Below the pieces are notes generated by a model. It was given only the letters and a program-made list of their open reading frames with translations. It did not search any database and was not told where the DNA came from. Below, piece after piece: positions 27,441-35,643 of a stretch of DNA of 64,000 bases. The stretch is taken from positions 25,415-89,414 of the IMG/VR virus record IMGVR_UViG_3300012936_000004. One strand, given 5' to 3'. Every line of letters begins with the position of its first letter. Positions within the stretch are counted from its first letter, which is position 1. Made by a program: the position numbers and the translations under genes. Source of the stretch: a virus.

Positions 27441-28231
27441 TAATCAAGTTCTTTCCAATTTGGATCATTTGCTCTAATGTTTGCTAATAGCTCTTCGCCT
27501 TCTTTACCCAATATTGATACAATAGATTCAACACTGCCCATATCTTCTTTGCGGGCATTAGGGCCTAATAATAATTTAGCAATCTCATTAATGTCACGGC
27601 TAATAAGTCCGTTAGGATCTTTTTTACCATTTGGTAAACGCTTATAAAGTCCATCAAAGTTACTCCATAGCATACCTTTTTCTCGAGCAATAATACTCAA
27701 TAGTTGTTGCTTGTTTTTTCCTTTAAACTTACTTCCTTGCGGAATATTGTGTGTATGAAACTGTGCCGCATTTGCCGCATTTGGCACAACCATAATATCA
27801 ACTTGATGTGCATGGTCGCCCATTGGTACTTTAACGTGTACACTATTACCACTCTGAGCTGTATCAAATCCTGCTAAGTCATATAACTGACGTAGTTTTT
27901 GTCTAATAACTTTATCAGGTTCGTCTGGCATTTTAAAATGTTGTTTAAGTATATCAGTATCGACTATTAAATCTAAGTCACCACTAACTTTACCTTTAGT
28001 TGGAGTTGCACCTGATCCTATTGGAATTGCACTAGCACCTGTTTTAGAAAGTACAGTGTTTACACTTTTCATAATGCTTGGAATCATTGCATGATCAAAC
28101 GGTATCGCATCATCACCAAAGACCTTACCACCTTCGCTTAGATGTAAGTCGTTCTGTAAAATTCTTTTAATGCGGCTACCTCGTCTAATTTTACGTTTAA
28201 ACTTACCGCCTAGTATATCTTTAATTTTCAA
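27440..28231 (-). CDS. Pol-beta superfamily nucleotidyltransferase, putatively virion-packaged
   Basis: IGSG...SGDLDLIV...HQVDIM; leader ending LSE-GG. Confidence 0.75.
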   Translation of the reverse strand: MKIKDILGGKFKRKIRRGSRIKRILQNDLHLSEGGKVFGDDAIPFDHAMIPSIMKSVNTVLSKTGASAIPIGSGATPTKGKVSGDLDLIVDTDILKQHFKMPDEPDKVIRQKLRQLYDLAGFDTAQSGNSVHVKVPMGDHAHQVDIMVVPNAANAAQFHTHNIPQGSKFKGKNKQQLLSIIAREKGMLWSNFDGLYKRLPNGKKDPNGLISRDINEIAKLLLGPNARKEDMGSVESIVSILGKEGEELLANIRANDPNWKELD

Positions 28232-28463
28232 CTCGTTTGATCCCTCTTATAAACTTCTTAGGATCTTTAGTTCGGATTGAATTAATTAAGCGTTTATTTA
28301 AATCAGCGGCGGTTTCAACATCGAAACTTTCGTTGATTAAATTAATTAAGTTAATAGCAGTGACAATAACTTGCTCGGCATTAGACTCAACAATCTGCTT
28401 TTTGTCTCTCTTAGGAGCCATTGCATTAATTTCTTCCAAAATTGATCTTGTTTTTCTTTTCAT
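28221..28463 (-). CDS. hypothetical protein
   Basis: start MKRKTRSILEE after TATAAATA. Confidence 0.7.
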   Translation of the reverse strand: MKRKTRSILEEINAMAPKRDKKQIVESNAEQVIVTAINLINLINESFDVETAADLNKRLINSIRTKDPKKFIRGIKRVEN

Positions 28464-28471
28464 AACACTAC

Positions 28472-28483
28472 TATTTATAAATA
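28472..28483. promoter_or_regulatory. overlapping divergent T4-type late promoters (TATAAATA on both strands)
   Basis: palindrome tatttataaata. Confidence 0.7.
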
Positions 28484-28486
28484 TTG

Positions 28487-28712
28487 TTGCTGAAACATTG
28501 GTGGAAAGCACTTATGGCACTTTTGCATTTTCTGATTAAGAACTTAGGATCCATTGGAAAAATAAGAACTATAACATCAGTGGTAGCGGGCAAACAACAG
28601 GCTTACTTTTTGGCTCATACAGGCTCATACTTATTGACTCTTTAAGGCTAGCCCGTTGTTCGATATCATACATAGACTAGAATAAGGTCAACGGCATCAA
28701 TGTTTCAGCAAC
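28487..28712 (+). ncRNA. candidate ~226-nt structured ncRNA closed by an 18-bp terminal stem
   Basis: gttgctgaaacattggtg pairs with catcaatgtttcagcaac (one G-U on the + strand); inner agcgggc/gcccgtt stem; + strand TATAAATA immediately upstream. Confidence 0.65.
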
Positions 28713-30103
28713 TATTCCCTTCGTTTTAATAAGTTTTTTAATCTATCAGCATTATCAACTGCAACTGCGGCTGTTGGTGCAGTTTGTACACCTGCTGGGC
28801 TCACACTACTTTGAGCATTTGCTTTTAGGCTTTGATAGATACTTGCAACTTGTCCATCTTCACCCTGCTCATCTTCATCTAAATCTGTAATACGTAACGT
28901 TGACATATCATAACCTAAGTCTAGTTTAGTGCCAACTCCGCTACTACTACGTGTTTTCATAAATTGTATTTGTACTCTACCACGTTCACGCATTGCACGG
29001 CTACTAAAAATACCTATTAGGTTATCTGCTGTATTAATTTTACTAATACCGCCTGCAATGTGAGAATGATCAAACTCTACTTCATCAACAGCCGCACGAT
29101 TTAACTGCGATGCTGTAACAAACAATATGTTTAATTCTGTTGCTAAGTTACGTAACTCTTCAGATACAAATTTATCTTTAATAAATTGATCACTTGGATT
29201 AACTTTAACACTTACAGGCATCATTAAATCTAAGTAGTCAACAAATAGTGCATCTACTTTTAAGTTCTTTTGTATTTGAAATTCTTTTAAGTATGCTTTG
29301 ACATCATTGATTGTACTACCATTACTCATTTGTATAATTTGTAATACACCTGCTTTTTTACTTGCCATCTTAACTTTGAGCTCAACATCATCTGCATTTT
29401 TCATAACATCACGTGTACTCATATTAGTAAGCATAGCATCAAGTCGCATACTACAAAGTTCTTCACTAAGTTCTAAACTTACATAGACAACATTCTTACC
29501 TGCTAGTGCCCAGTTAAGTGCCATATTTTGCATAAACAAACTTTTACCACTACCACTACCACCTGCAAAAATGTTTAGTTCGCCTGGATTAAATCCGCCA
29601 TACAATACTTTATCTAAACTATCCCAACCTGTACTATTTTGTCCTCTATTATCTTTTATAGTTTGTATACGTCCTGCAGGATCTTCCCAATAGTTTAGTC
29701 CAAAGTCTTTAGCAAGTCCAATGCTCACTGCGTCTTTAATAATAGATTCAACACTTCCATACTCATGCCGTTCTAGTTTGTCTGCACTTTGTAATATTGC
29801 ACCTTCTAATGCTTTATGTCTACAAAACTTTTCGTATTCATCCATAAACCATTTCTTATGATCATCTGTAATTTTATCTTTTACGTCATCAAATTGTTGT
29901 TGTGTCTTTGCACCAATTTGTTCGTGTGTAGGTAAATCACCATATCCATCTACATGCTCTTGTATAAAGTCCATTACAGGCTGATACTTACGAGCAAAAT
30001 ATTTGCTTTGTGTAATAGCATTACATCTAACAAAAAGATCTTTTTCTGCTAGTAAAAATTCAATGTACAGTTTCTGTAAATCTTCTGTATACTCTTCACT
30101 CAT
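28712..30103 (-). CDS. gp41: replicative DNA helicase (T4 gp41/DnaB-like)
   Basis: AGGSGSGKS, SLELSE, VDYLDL, TASQLNR, MKTR. Confidence 0.93.
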   Translation of the reverse strand: MSEEYTEDLQKLYIEFLLAEKDLFVRCNAITQSKYFARKYQPVMDFIQEHVDGYGDLPTHEQIGAKTQQQFDDVKDKITDDHKKWFMDEYEKFCRHKALEGAILQSADKLERHEYGSVESIIKDAVSIGLAKDFGLNYWEDPAGRIQTIKDNRGQNSTGWDSLDKVLYGGFNPGELNIFAGGSGSGKSLFMQNMALNWALAGKNVVYVSLELSEELCSMRLDAMLTNMSTRDVMKNADDVELKVKMASKKAGVLQIIQMSNGSTINDVKAYLKEFQIQKNLKVDALFVDYLDLMMPVSVKVNPSDQFIKDKFVSEELRNLATELNILFVTASQLNRAAVDEVEFDHSHIAGGISKINTADNLIGIFSSRAMRERGRVQIQFMKTRSSSGVGTKLDLGYDMSTLRITDLDEDEQGEDGQVASIYQSLKANAQSSVSPAGVQTAPTAAVAVDNADRLKNLLKRRE

Positions 30104-30401
30104 CTAATTCGCCTGTTAACTTTTTTTGAATGTACTCACTACGAGTGTATATCATTCGCCAATCTCTTCCCTTTTTAGGAACTGCACCATTCATATCCAT
30201 TGTTATAACGTATTCATAGTAATATGTCAACCAAATCCATTGATTAGTTATATCACTACGTTTAGGCCACCAAGCAAACTGTTTAATCCATTCGCTTTGC
30301 AAATCTGTGTGTGCGCTTATATGTTTCATACCTGCATTATATACATCATCTACAGTAAGACTTTGCCAAGACTTGTATTTTTGTTTTGTTTTTGAATGCA
30401 C
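30096..30401 (-). CDS. hypothetical protein (start may be ATG 30329)
   Basis: FAWWP...IWL..Y motif common in small phage ORFs. Confidence 0.6.
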   Translation of the reverse strand: MHSKTKQKYKSWQSLTVDDVYNAGMKHISAHTDLQSEWIKQFAWWPKRSDITNQWIWLTYYYEYVITMDMNGAVPKKGRDWRMIYTRSEYIQKKLTGELDE

Positions 30402-31362
30402 TTTCTAATATACTCCTAACTGTAAATAATCTTCCGTATTTTTGTACTGCGTCAGCGGCATCTTTACAGTTTTCCCAAGGAGGAAAACTTACTTGCCAGT
30501 CTCGCCTTAAAGCCGCACGAACTAAATCGTTACCTGCTTTATCTGCATCTGGAACTACAATAACTTCTGTATCTAAACTATCTACTATATCACATTGTGT
30601 CATACTGGGTGTATTACCTTGCATAGCAACACCACCAACTAGTAATGCATCAAACTGTCCTTCAGTAACAATTGTATACTTATGTGACTTTTGCTTGTCT
30701 ATGTTATAAACAAAATGCTTTGGACTTTGCAAATAGTATTTAGGTATTTCTTTGTTTGGAGTTTTGCCAACCCAACGTGCAGTATATCCTACAACATTAT
30801 TGTTATGATAAAACGGAAGTATTACTCTATTACTAAAATGTTTAAATGGTGACCAATGCCAGTGTTTATAAAAACTTACACCACGCTCCTCAACATATTC
30901 ACATGCGGCAACAAACTTAGCAAGTTCTGTTTCTGTTAGTTTACTAGTATCCACATTGTGTAGAGGAACTGCATCTGGAGGCAATACAGAATCTGGCCAA
31001 TCTATTTTTACTTCACGCTGTTCTGCTTTTTGTATAAACTGATCTGCAATACTTGCTTCTTCTTGTTCTTTAAGTAGTTCAAAGTTAATACGCTGTATCT
31101 GTGCAGGATCTGCTCCCAACTGTTCTAATAGTTCTTTTAAACGTCCTGCTATTCTACGACCTTGTGACCATCCAGTTTTAAATCCACAGTTAAAACAATT
31201 GTACTGAAACTTTTCATCGTCAAACATAAAACCGCCACGTTTACGTTTGTCTGGACCATGCCCACGAGTATGACACATCGGACAGTTTCCACTAATCCAA
31301 CCACTAGGTGTTTGTTTCCACCCACCAGGCATATTTTGTCTTACAAAGTCGAGTACAATCAT
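30346..31362 (-). CDS. gp61: DNA primase (T4 gp61-like)
   Basis: CPMC...CFNC zinc finger; TOPRIM TEGQFDA, PDADKAG, KDAAD. Confidence 0.92.
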   Translation of the reverse strand: MIVLDFVRQNMPGGWKQTPSGWISGNCPMCHTRGHGPDKRKRGGFMFDDEKFQYNCFNCGFKTGWSQGRRIAGRLKELLEQLGADPAQIQRINFELLKEQEEASIADQFIQKAEQREVKIDWPDSVLPPDAVPLHNVDTSKLTETELAKFVAACEYVEERGVSFYKHWHWSPFKHFSNRVILPFYHNNNVVGYTARWVGKTPNKEIPKYYLQSPKHFVYNIDKQKSHKYTIVTEGQFDALLVGGVAMQGNTPSMTQCDIVDSLDTEVIVVPDADKAGNDLVRAALRRDWQVSFPPWENCKDAADAVQKYGRLFTVRSILESAFKNKTKIQVLAKSYCR

Positions 31363-31400
31363 AAGTTAATAATACAATTTATTTTGAGAAATGTCAATAG

Positions 31401-31844
31401 TTAGCCTTGTGTCATTAATTTACGAACTTCTAATACATAACTTGCTCGCATATTCTGATCACTATGAAGTGCATATTCACGCCCAAATTCATCTGTATAA
31501 GTAATAACAATATTATATAACCCAGGATCGGTATTTGCATTTAAGTCTTGGTTATCAAAACGTAAAACTGCAATACCACGATCATAATCAAAAGGAATTA
31601 AAGTCTTATTTAAGATAACTATTTTATTATTATTGAGAACATGAGCAGTAAAAGTTTTAGTTTGTAAATTTTCTGGCTTACGGTCAGTTGTTTGAACAAA
31701 AAATTCAATATCAGTATGCACACCTTGGTAATGTACCAATGGCTTATGATTGCTAACACCGTGATATGTTGTTCCCTTACGAGTAGGTACTAATATTTCA
31801 CTACGTTGGTTATAAATGTAACTGGTAGTTTGATAATTGTTCAT
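31401..31844 (-). CDS. hypothetical protein (Ig/BppU-like structural candidate)
   Basis: beta-rich; GGAG SD; late promoter. Confidence 0.6.
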   Translation of the reverse strand: MNNYQTTSYIYNQRSEILVPTRKGTTYHGVSNHKPLVHYQGVHTDIEFFVQTTDRKPENLQTKTFTAHVLNNNKIVILNKTLIPFDYDRGIAVLRFDNQDLNANTDPGLYNIVITYTDEFGREYALHSDQNMRASYVLEVRKLMTQG

Positions 31845-31886
31845 GTTAAATCTCCACTAGTATTTATTTGAATAAGTAATATTACA

Positions 31887-32267
31887 ATGACGTATATACC
31901 ACAAAAATACCAAAAACTTTTAAACGAGTTTCCGTTTTTAACACTAGTATCATACGGCGATAATGAATATGTTGGCATAATGCAAAATGTAGACCAATAC
32001 ATGGCTAGTATGTATAACTTCGATAGCATTAAATCTAACGATAACAAAATAGAATTTTTAGACTTAGGTGAAGAATGGTGGTGGGGAACAAATCGTATGA
32101 TTCCTATCAATATTATATTTAAAAGTCGTTGGGAAAAATTTAGACCAACACTTGTAACATTTAGTCAAAAGAATTTTCAAATTATTGCAGGGCCTAGCAT
32201 AAGTTTAAACAACATTATCCAAAAACGTGTTAAACGCAGAAACATTCAATTAGTAAGAAAACTCTAA
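31887..32267 (+). CDS. conserved phage hypothetical protein
   Basis: only + strand gene in the region; FPFLT, EYVGI.QN, WWW.TNRMIPI; ATAAGTA promoter upstream. Confidence 0.75.
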   Translation: MTYIPQKYQKLLNEFPFLTLVSYGDNEYVGIMQNVDQYMASMYNFDSIKSNDNKIEFLDLGEEWWWGTNRMIPINIIFKSRWEKFRPTLVTFSQKNFQIIAGPSISLNNIIQKRVKRRNIQLVRKL

Positions 32268-32821
32268 TATAATTGTTCGCAGATTAAGTTCATGTGTACT
32301 ACAATAGCAGTAGCATAAGCAACCGCATGTGCTTTCTTAAAGTAGTAAGCATCACTACCGGGAGGCTTAATCCAAACTTCTCGATTAATTGTTTCCCAGT
32401 CACTGGTCAATAAGTAGCGTTTAGCAGGACGAATAACTGCAATACTAGCCGCTAAATCTGAAATACTTCTCGGCTTTAAGTTTTTAATTACTTCATAATG
32501 GTTGCCAATATGAAATAGTTTTTCTACAAACTCTTTGTGTTCTAACAATTCCCAAAGTGGCTCTGTTGTCATTAATGTGTTTAGATGATCTTCATCACGC
32601 ACTTCTTTGTATATACTAACATTAAGCATATCTAATTTAAAGTATCCTACATCATCTGCTTCTTTATGATCTACTGTGCATAATCCTTTAAAAGGATCAC
32701 TTGGCACACGATGAAAATAAACACCTGTATTGTGTTTACGATTTTTTAAACGTGCAGGAACGTGTCGTAGTTTATTTAAAACTGTGTCTCTATTTGCAAA
32801 GTCTATATCAATATCTGGCAT
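32264..32821 (-). CDS. miniature DnaE-like (family C DNA polymerase catalytic core) protein
   Basis: PDIDIDF, KHNTGVY, FKLDML, AVIRP, FKKAHAVAYA in only 185 aa. Confidence 0.85.
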   Translation of the reverse strand: MPDIDIDFANRDTVLNKLRHVPARLKNRKHNTGVYFHRVPSDPFKGLCTVDHKEADDVGYFKLDMLNVSIYKEVRDEDHLNTLMTTEPLWELLEHKEFVEKLFHIGNHYEVIKNLKPRSISDLAASIAVIRPAKRYLLTSDWETINREVWIKPPGSDAYYFKKAHAVAYATAIVVHMNLICEQLY

Positions 32822-32829
32822 GTCTTTTC

Positions 32830-33108
32830 CTATAAAAATAATTGTACCATAGCAATACTATTCATTACTACAAACCAAGCACATAATACGATAGCAAATC
32901 CTGCTTTTCGAATTATTGTACTAATTACACCAAGTATACTACCAACTAGATATAATGGAATAAAAATCTTTGTTGCAGGATCTAATACTGTGTATGTTAG
33001 AATTGCACTTGCAGATACTAATAAAATAGTTTCTACTAGTTCACAATAAAAAGCAAATGGACTGAGTCTATAGCTTTCTTTAAAAAAGTTTACAACACCA
33101 TTAATCAT
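32830..33108 (-). CDS. small membrane protein (3 TM)
   Basis: hydrophobic; start MINGVVNFF. Confidence 0.7.
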   Translation of the reverse strand: MINGVVNFFKESYRLSPFAFYCELVETILLVSASAILTYTVLDPATKIFIPLYLVGSILGVISTIIRKAGFAIVLCAWFVVMNSIAMVQLFL

Positions 33109-33761
33109 TCTACTGGTTCTCCGTCTATAATGTGTCTCACCCAAGCGGCATCTTGTGGTGACTGTTCTGTTTTCTTCCCCCAATAGCCAGCATCAATAGT
33201 ATTTGCTATTCTATTAAAGCATTCATCTGGCATATCACGTAATGCATTTTGTGCCCTTGTACTACAAATAATAATCCAAGGACTTATCTTTCCAGACTCT
33301 ACCCAATCAGAAATTGTATATCCTCCAGCAGTTTCCCAGAAAGTTTCAAAGTAATCTACCTTACTAGCAGTTTCAATGAAGCGTTCTAATGCACGGTCTA
33401 CTGTTTCCTTTTTTAAATGATCTTTAACAAAAAGCATATACATTCTATCTGTAGGCCAGTCTTTTAGTTTTGCTTGTTTACGTACTAACCAACGAGTGTA
33501 TGCTTCTGCATCAATCACACGTGTATTAATACAGTAACTACCATACTTCACAAAAGCACTAAAGAACTGACTATCAACAAAGTCTTTATATTCCTTAGGC
33601 TTGTGTTGCATACTCAACCTATAAAACAAATCAAAAGAACTAAAACCTGCAACTGTTTCAGGAAATTCTTTTGCAAGCCAACGTCTCTTCTTTTCACAAG
33701 TATGAGCTACTAGTGAACTTTCACGTTTAAATTCTCTGTTACAGTATTCACACTTCATCAT
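33105..33761 (-). CDS. zinc-finger hypothetical protein
   Basis: N-terminal CEYC..F.RE.SL..H.C; G.ISPW. Confidence 0.75.
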   Translation of the reverse strand: MMKCEYCNREFKRESSLVAHTCEKKRRWLAKEFPETVAGFSSFDLFYRLSMQHKPKEYKDFVDSQFFSAFVKYGSYCINTRVIDAEAYTRWLVRKQAKLKDWPTDRMYMLFVKDHLKKETVDRALERFIETASKVDYFETFWETAGGYTISDWVESGKISPWIIICSTRAQNALRDMPDECFNRIANTIDAGYWGKKTEQSPQDAAWVRHIIDGEPVE

Positions 33762-33927
33762 CTGAGATTTCTAATATTGCTCTCGCTGTTCTATTTTTAA
33801 TAATCACATTAGCTTCTGGTTCAATATTATCATATTCACTGTCTGGTATTAATACAACAATTTTATAACTTTCGTCTGGCCAGACTAAATCCATTTGTAC
33901 TTCACCTTGTAAACATTTTACTTTCAT
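33748..33927 (-). CDS. small hypothetical protein (paralog of 33924..34121)
   Basis: MKVKCLQGEVQMDLVW vs MVYCHKGSLQLDLSW. Confidence 0.55.
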   Translation of the reverse strand: MKVKCLQGEVQMDLVWPDESYKIVVLIPDSEYDNIEPEANVIIKNRTARAILEISDDEV

Positions 33928-34121
33928 AGTATACCCGCTTCTTCTGTTACTTCGATTACTGTATCTTTTTCTAAGTATGAAAACTTTGCAATAATCCCAT
34001 CTTCCACTTTGTAGTATGTACCGCCATCTAGTATTTGTATTCGCCAACCGTGATCATTATCATCTTTTGGTATCCAACTCAAATCTAACTGTAGACTTCC
34101 TTTGTGACAATATACCATCAT
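33924..34121 (-). CDS. small hypothetical protein
   Basis: translationally coupled ORF; paralog of its neighbour. Confidence 0.55.
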   Translation of the reverse strand: MMVYCHKGSLQLDLSWIPKDDNDHGWRIQILDGGTYYKVEDGIIAKFSYLEKDTVIEVTEEAGIL

Positions 34122-34576
34122 TTGAATATATCCTTTATTTCTTTTTTATTCATACCTTGTTGCTCCATACGATCTACAAACACTTCTTTATCATTTGTTT
34201 GTGCAAACAACTCTAACTCATCTTCGTTGTAGTTAGGAAACTGTTCTGCAAGCCAAGTTAAAAATTTATTCTTTTTACCTGCTTTACCCGGAGGAACCCA
34301 TTCGTGATATTCTGTTTTACCTGTACCTGCAATTTGTAATAGTTGCAATTGTAATTGCGGATGACTTTTTAACGTATTAAAGTCAACATTAGCAAACTCA
34401 TTTACTAACATCAAATAATTAGGAGCGTTCGATCCACGTACACTACTAGCCCATCGCATTTGAATCCACATTTGTTTGTCATACTTTTCACGTTCTTCTT
34501 TTGTCAAACTTTTATACCAAGCACGATCTTTTGTGTCGATTGCTCTCATTTCATTTTTAATATCTAGTTTACTCAT
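34118..34576 (-). CDS. probable clamp-loader small subunit (T4 gp62-like)
   Basis: N...N..F..L..HP.LQ..LL...G.G....H.W..P pattern; start MSKLDIK. Confidence 0.5.
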   Translation of the reverse strand: MSKLDIKNEMRAIDTKDRAWYKSLTKEEREKYDKQMWIQMRWASSVRGSNAPNYLMLVNEFANVDFNTLKSHPQLQLQLLQIAGTGKTEYHEWVPPGKAGKKNKFLTWLAEQFPNYNEDELELFAQTNDKEVFVDRMEQQGMNKKEIKDIFK

Positions 34577-34671
34577 AACCCTAAACTCCACATCCAAATT
34601 GGAATAATAATAAAATGTAAAGCAATACAAATACCTAACATCAAATATACAATACGCTTTTGTGGATCCAT
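34573..34671 (-). CDS. small membrane peptide (32 aa)
   Basis: manual ORF MDPQKRIVYLMLGICIALHFIIIPIWMWSLGL overlapping the next start (ATGA). Confidence 0.5.
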   Translation of the reverse strand: MDPQKRIVYLMLGICIALHFIIIPIWMWSLGL

Positions 34672-34675
34672 ATGC

Positions 34676-34837
34676 TTAACTTTTTTTATTCTTTTTCCTT
34701 TGAGGACCGTTTGTATATACTAACTCATCAGGATCAGTTCGTAATCCAGCTTCACATATTGTTATTTTATTACCTTTAGCAAGCCATTCATTGATTGCAT
34801 TAGTTTCTTCTTCTTTAATAATTACTTTACTGTTCAT
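34676..34837 (-). CDS. small protein with SutA-like RNA-polymerase-binding motif (53 aa)
   Basis: manual ORF containing AINEWLAKGNKITIC. Confidence 0.55.
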   Translation of the reverse strand: MNSKVIIKEEETNAINEWLAKGNKITICEAGLRTDPDELVYTNGPQRKKNKKS

Positions 34838-34933
34838 CAAATTTACCTTTTCTTATATAGTTTATTAGATTGGGTAGTAATAAAAAGAAACTTACTACAA
34901 GACTTAAACCCAATATGTATACCCAGTCTGGCA

Positions 34934-35149
34934 TTACCACAATCCAATTGTTTTACCGTTACCTACTATTATAAAGCCACATGTTAAAATATGCAAGACA
35001 ATCCAGAACGTTCTGAACAATAATGCTTTATGAACATCACTTTGTGTAATAGGTAAAAACTCTGGCTTGTCGTCATCATTAAGACCAACAGGCATGCCTA
35101 CTGTTCTCGCCCACAATTTAAGCCATCTTCGTTGCCCACGCATTACCAT
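34934..35149 (-). CDS. small membrane protein
   Basis: W.R..G...G..D...D.....RT pattern plus one TM helix. Confidence 0.65.
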   Translation of the reverse strand: MVMRGQRRWLKLWARTVGMPVGLNDDDKPEFLPITQSDVHKALLFRTFWIVLHILTCGFIIVGNGKTIGLW

Positions 35150-35643
35150 AAATCCGCTGTACTAAGTACGTCTGGTATTTTACTTGTTTCTTTAACAATA
35201 AAAATGCAATCAGGATTTTCTTTTTCGTTTAGTGGTACTGTTAATATATGTCCGTACTTTAATTTTGGAAAGTACCATTTCACTTCTTGGAAAATATTAA
35301 CAATCTCGATTTCTGTAAATGTAGGAATAAATCCTGTAATAGGATTAAACACAAAACTTTTAAACCCACGATCATTCAAACTTGTAACAGGTAATACTTC
35401 CGGATCACCAATACTAGGGTCACAACATACTATACTCCAATCCAATGGAACTTTAAGTGTACGATTACCTATCTTTAAAACTGCGGCTGGGCTACTAAAA
35501 CTTTCTAAGAATACTAGTGGAACAAATATATAATCTGCATTATCTTTATCTGTATAATCTAATACACAATATCTTATATCGTCGATTTCTTCTGGAACGA
35601 AATCTAAATTATATCCATTATTTTCTACTGTTAATATTTTCAT
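35143..35643 (-). CDS. conserved hypothetical protein downstream of UvsW
   Basis: 166-aa ORF coupled to uvsW. Confidence 0.75.
   Translation of the reverse strand: MKILTVENNGYNLDFVPEEIDDIRYCVLDYTDKDNADYIFVPLVFLESFSSPAAVLKIGNRTLKVPLDWSIVCCDPSIGDPEVLPVTSLNDRGFKSFVFNPITGFIPTFTEIEIVNIFQEVKWYFPKLKYGHILTVPLNEKENPDCIFIVKETSKIPDVLSTADLW

Noticed and set aside
28487-28712. Retron msr-msd or MITE, given the terminal inverted repeat
   Set aside because: No reverse transcriptase or transposase is in the window and no target-site duplication is evident; the G-U asymmetry favours an RNA stem.
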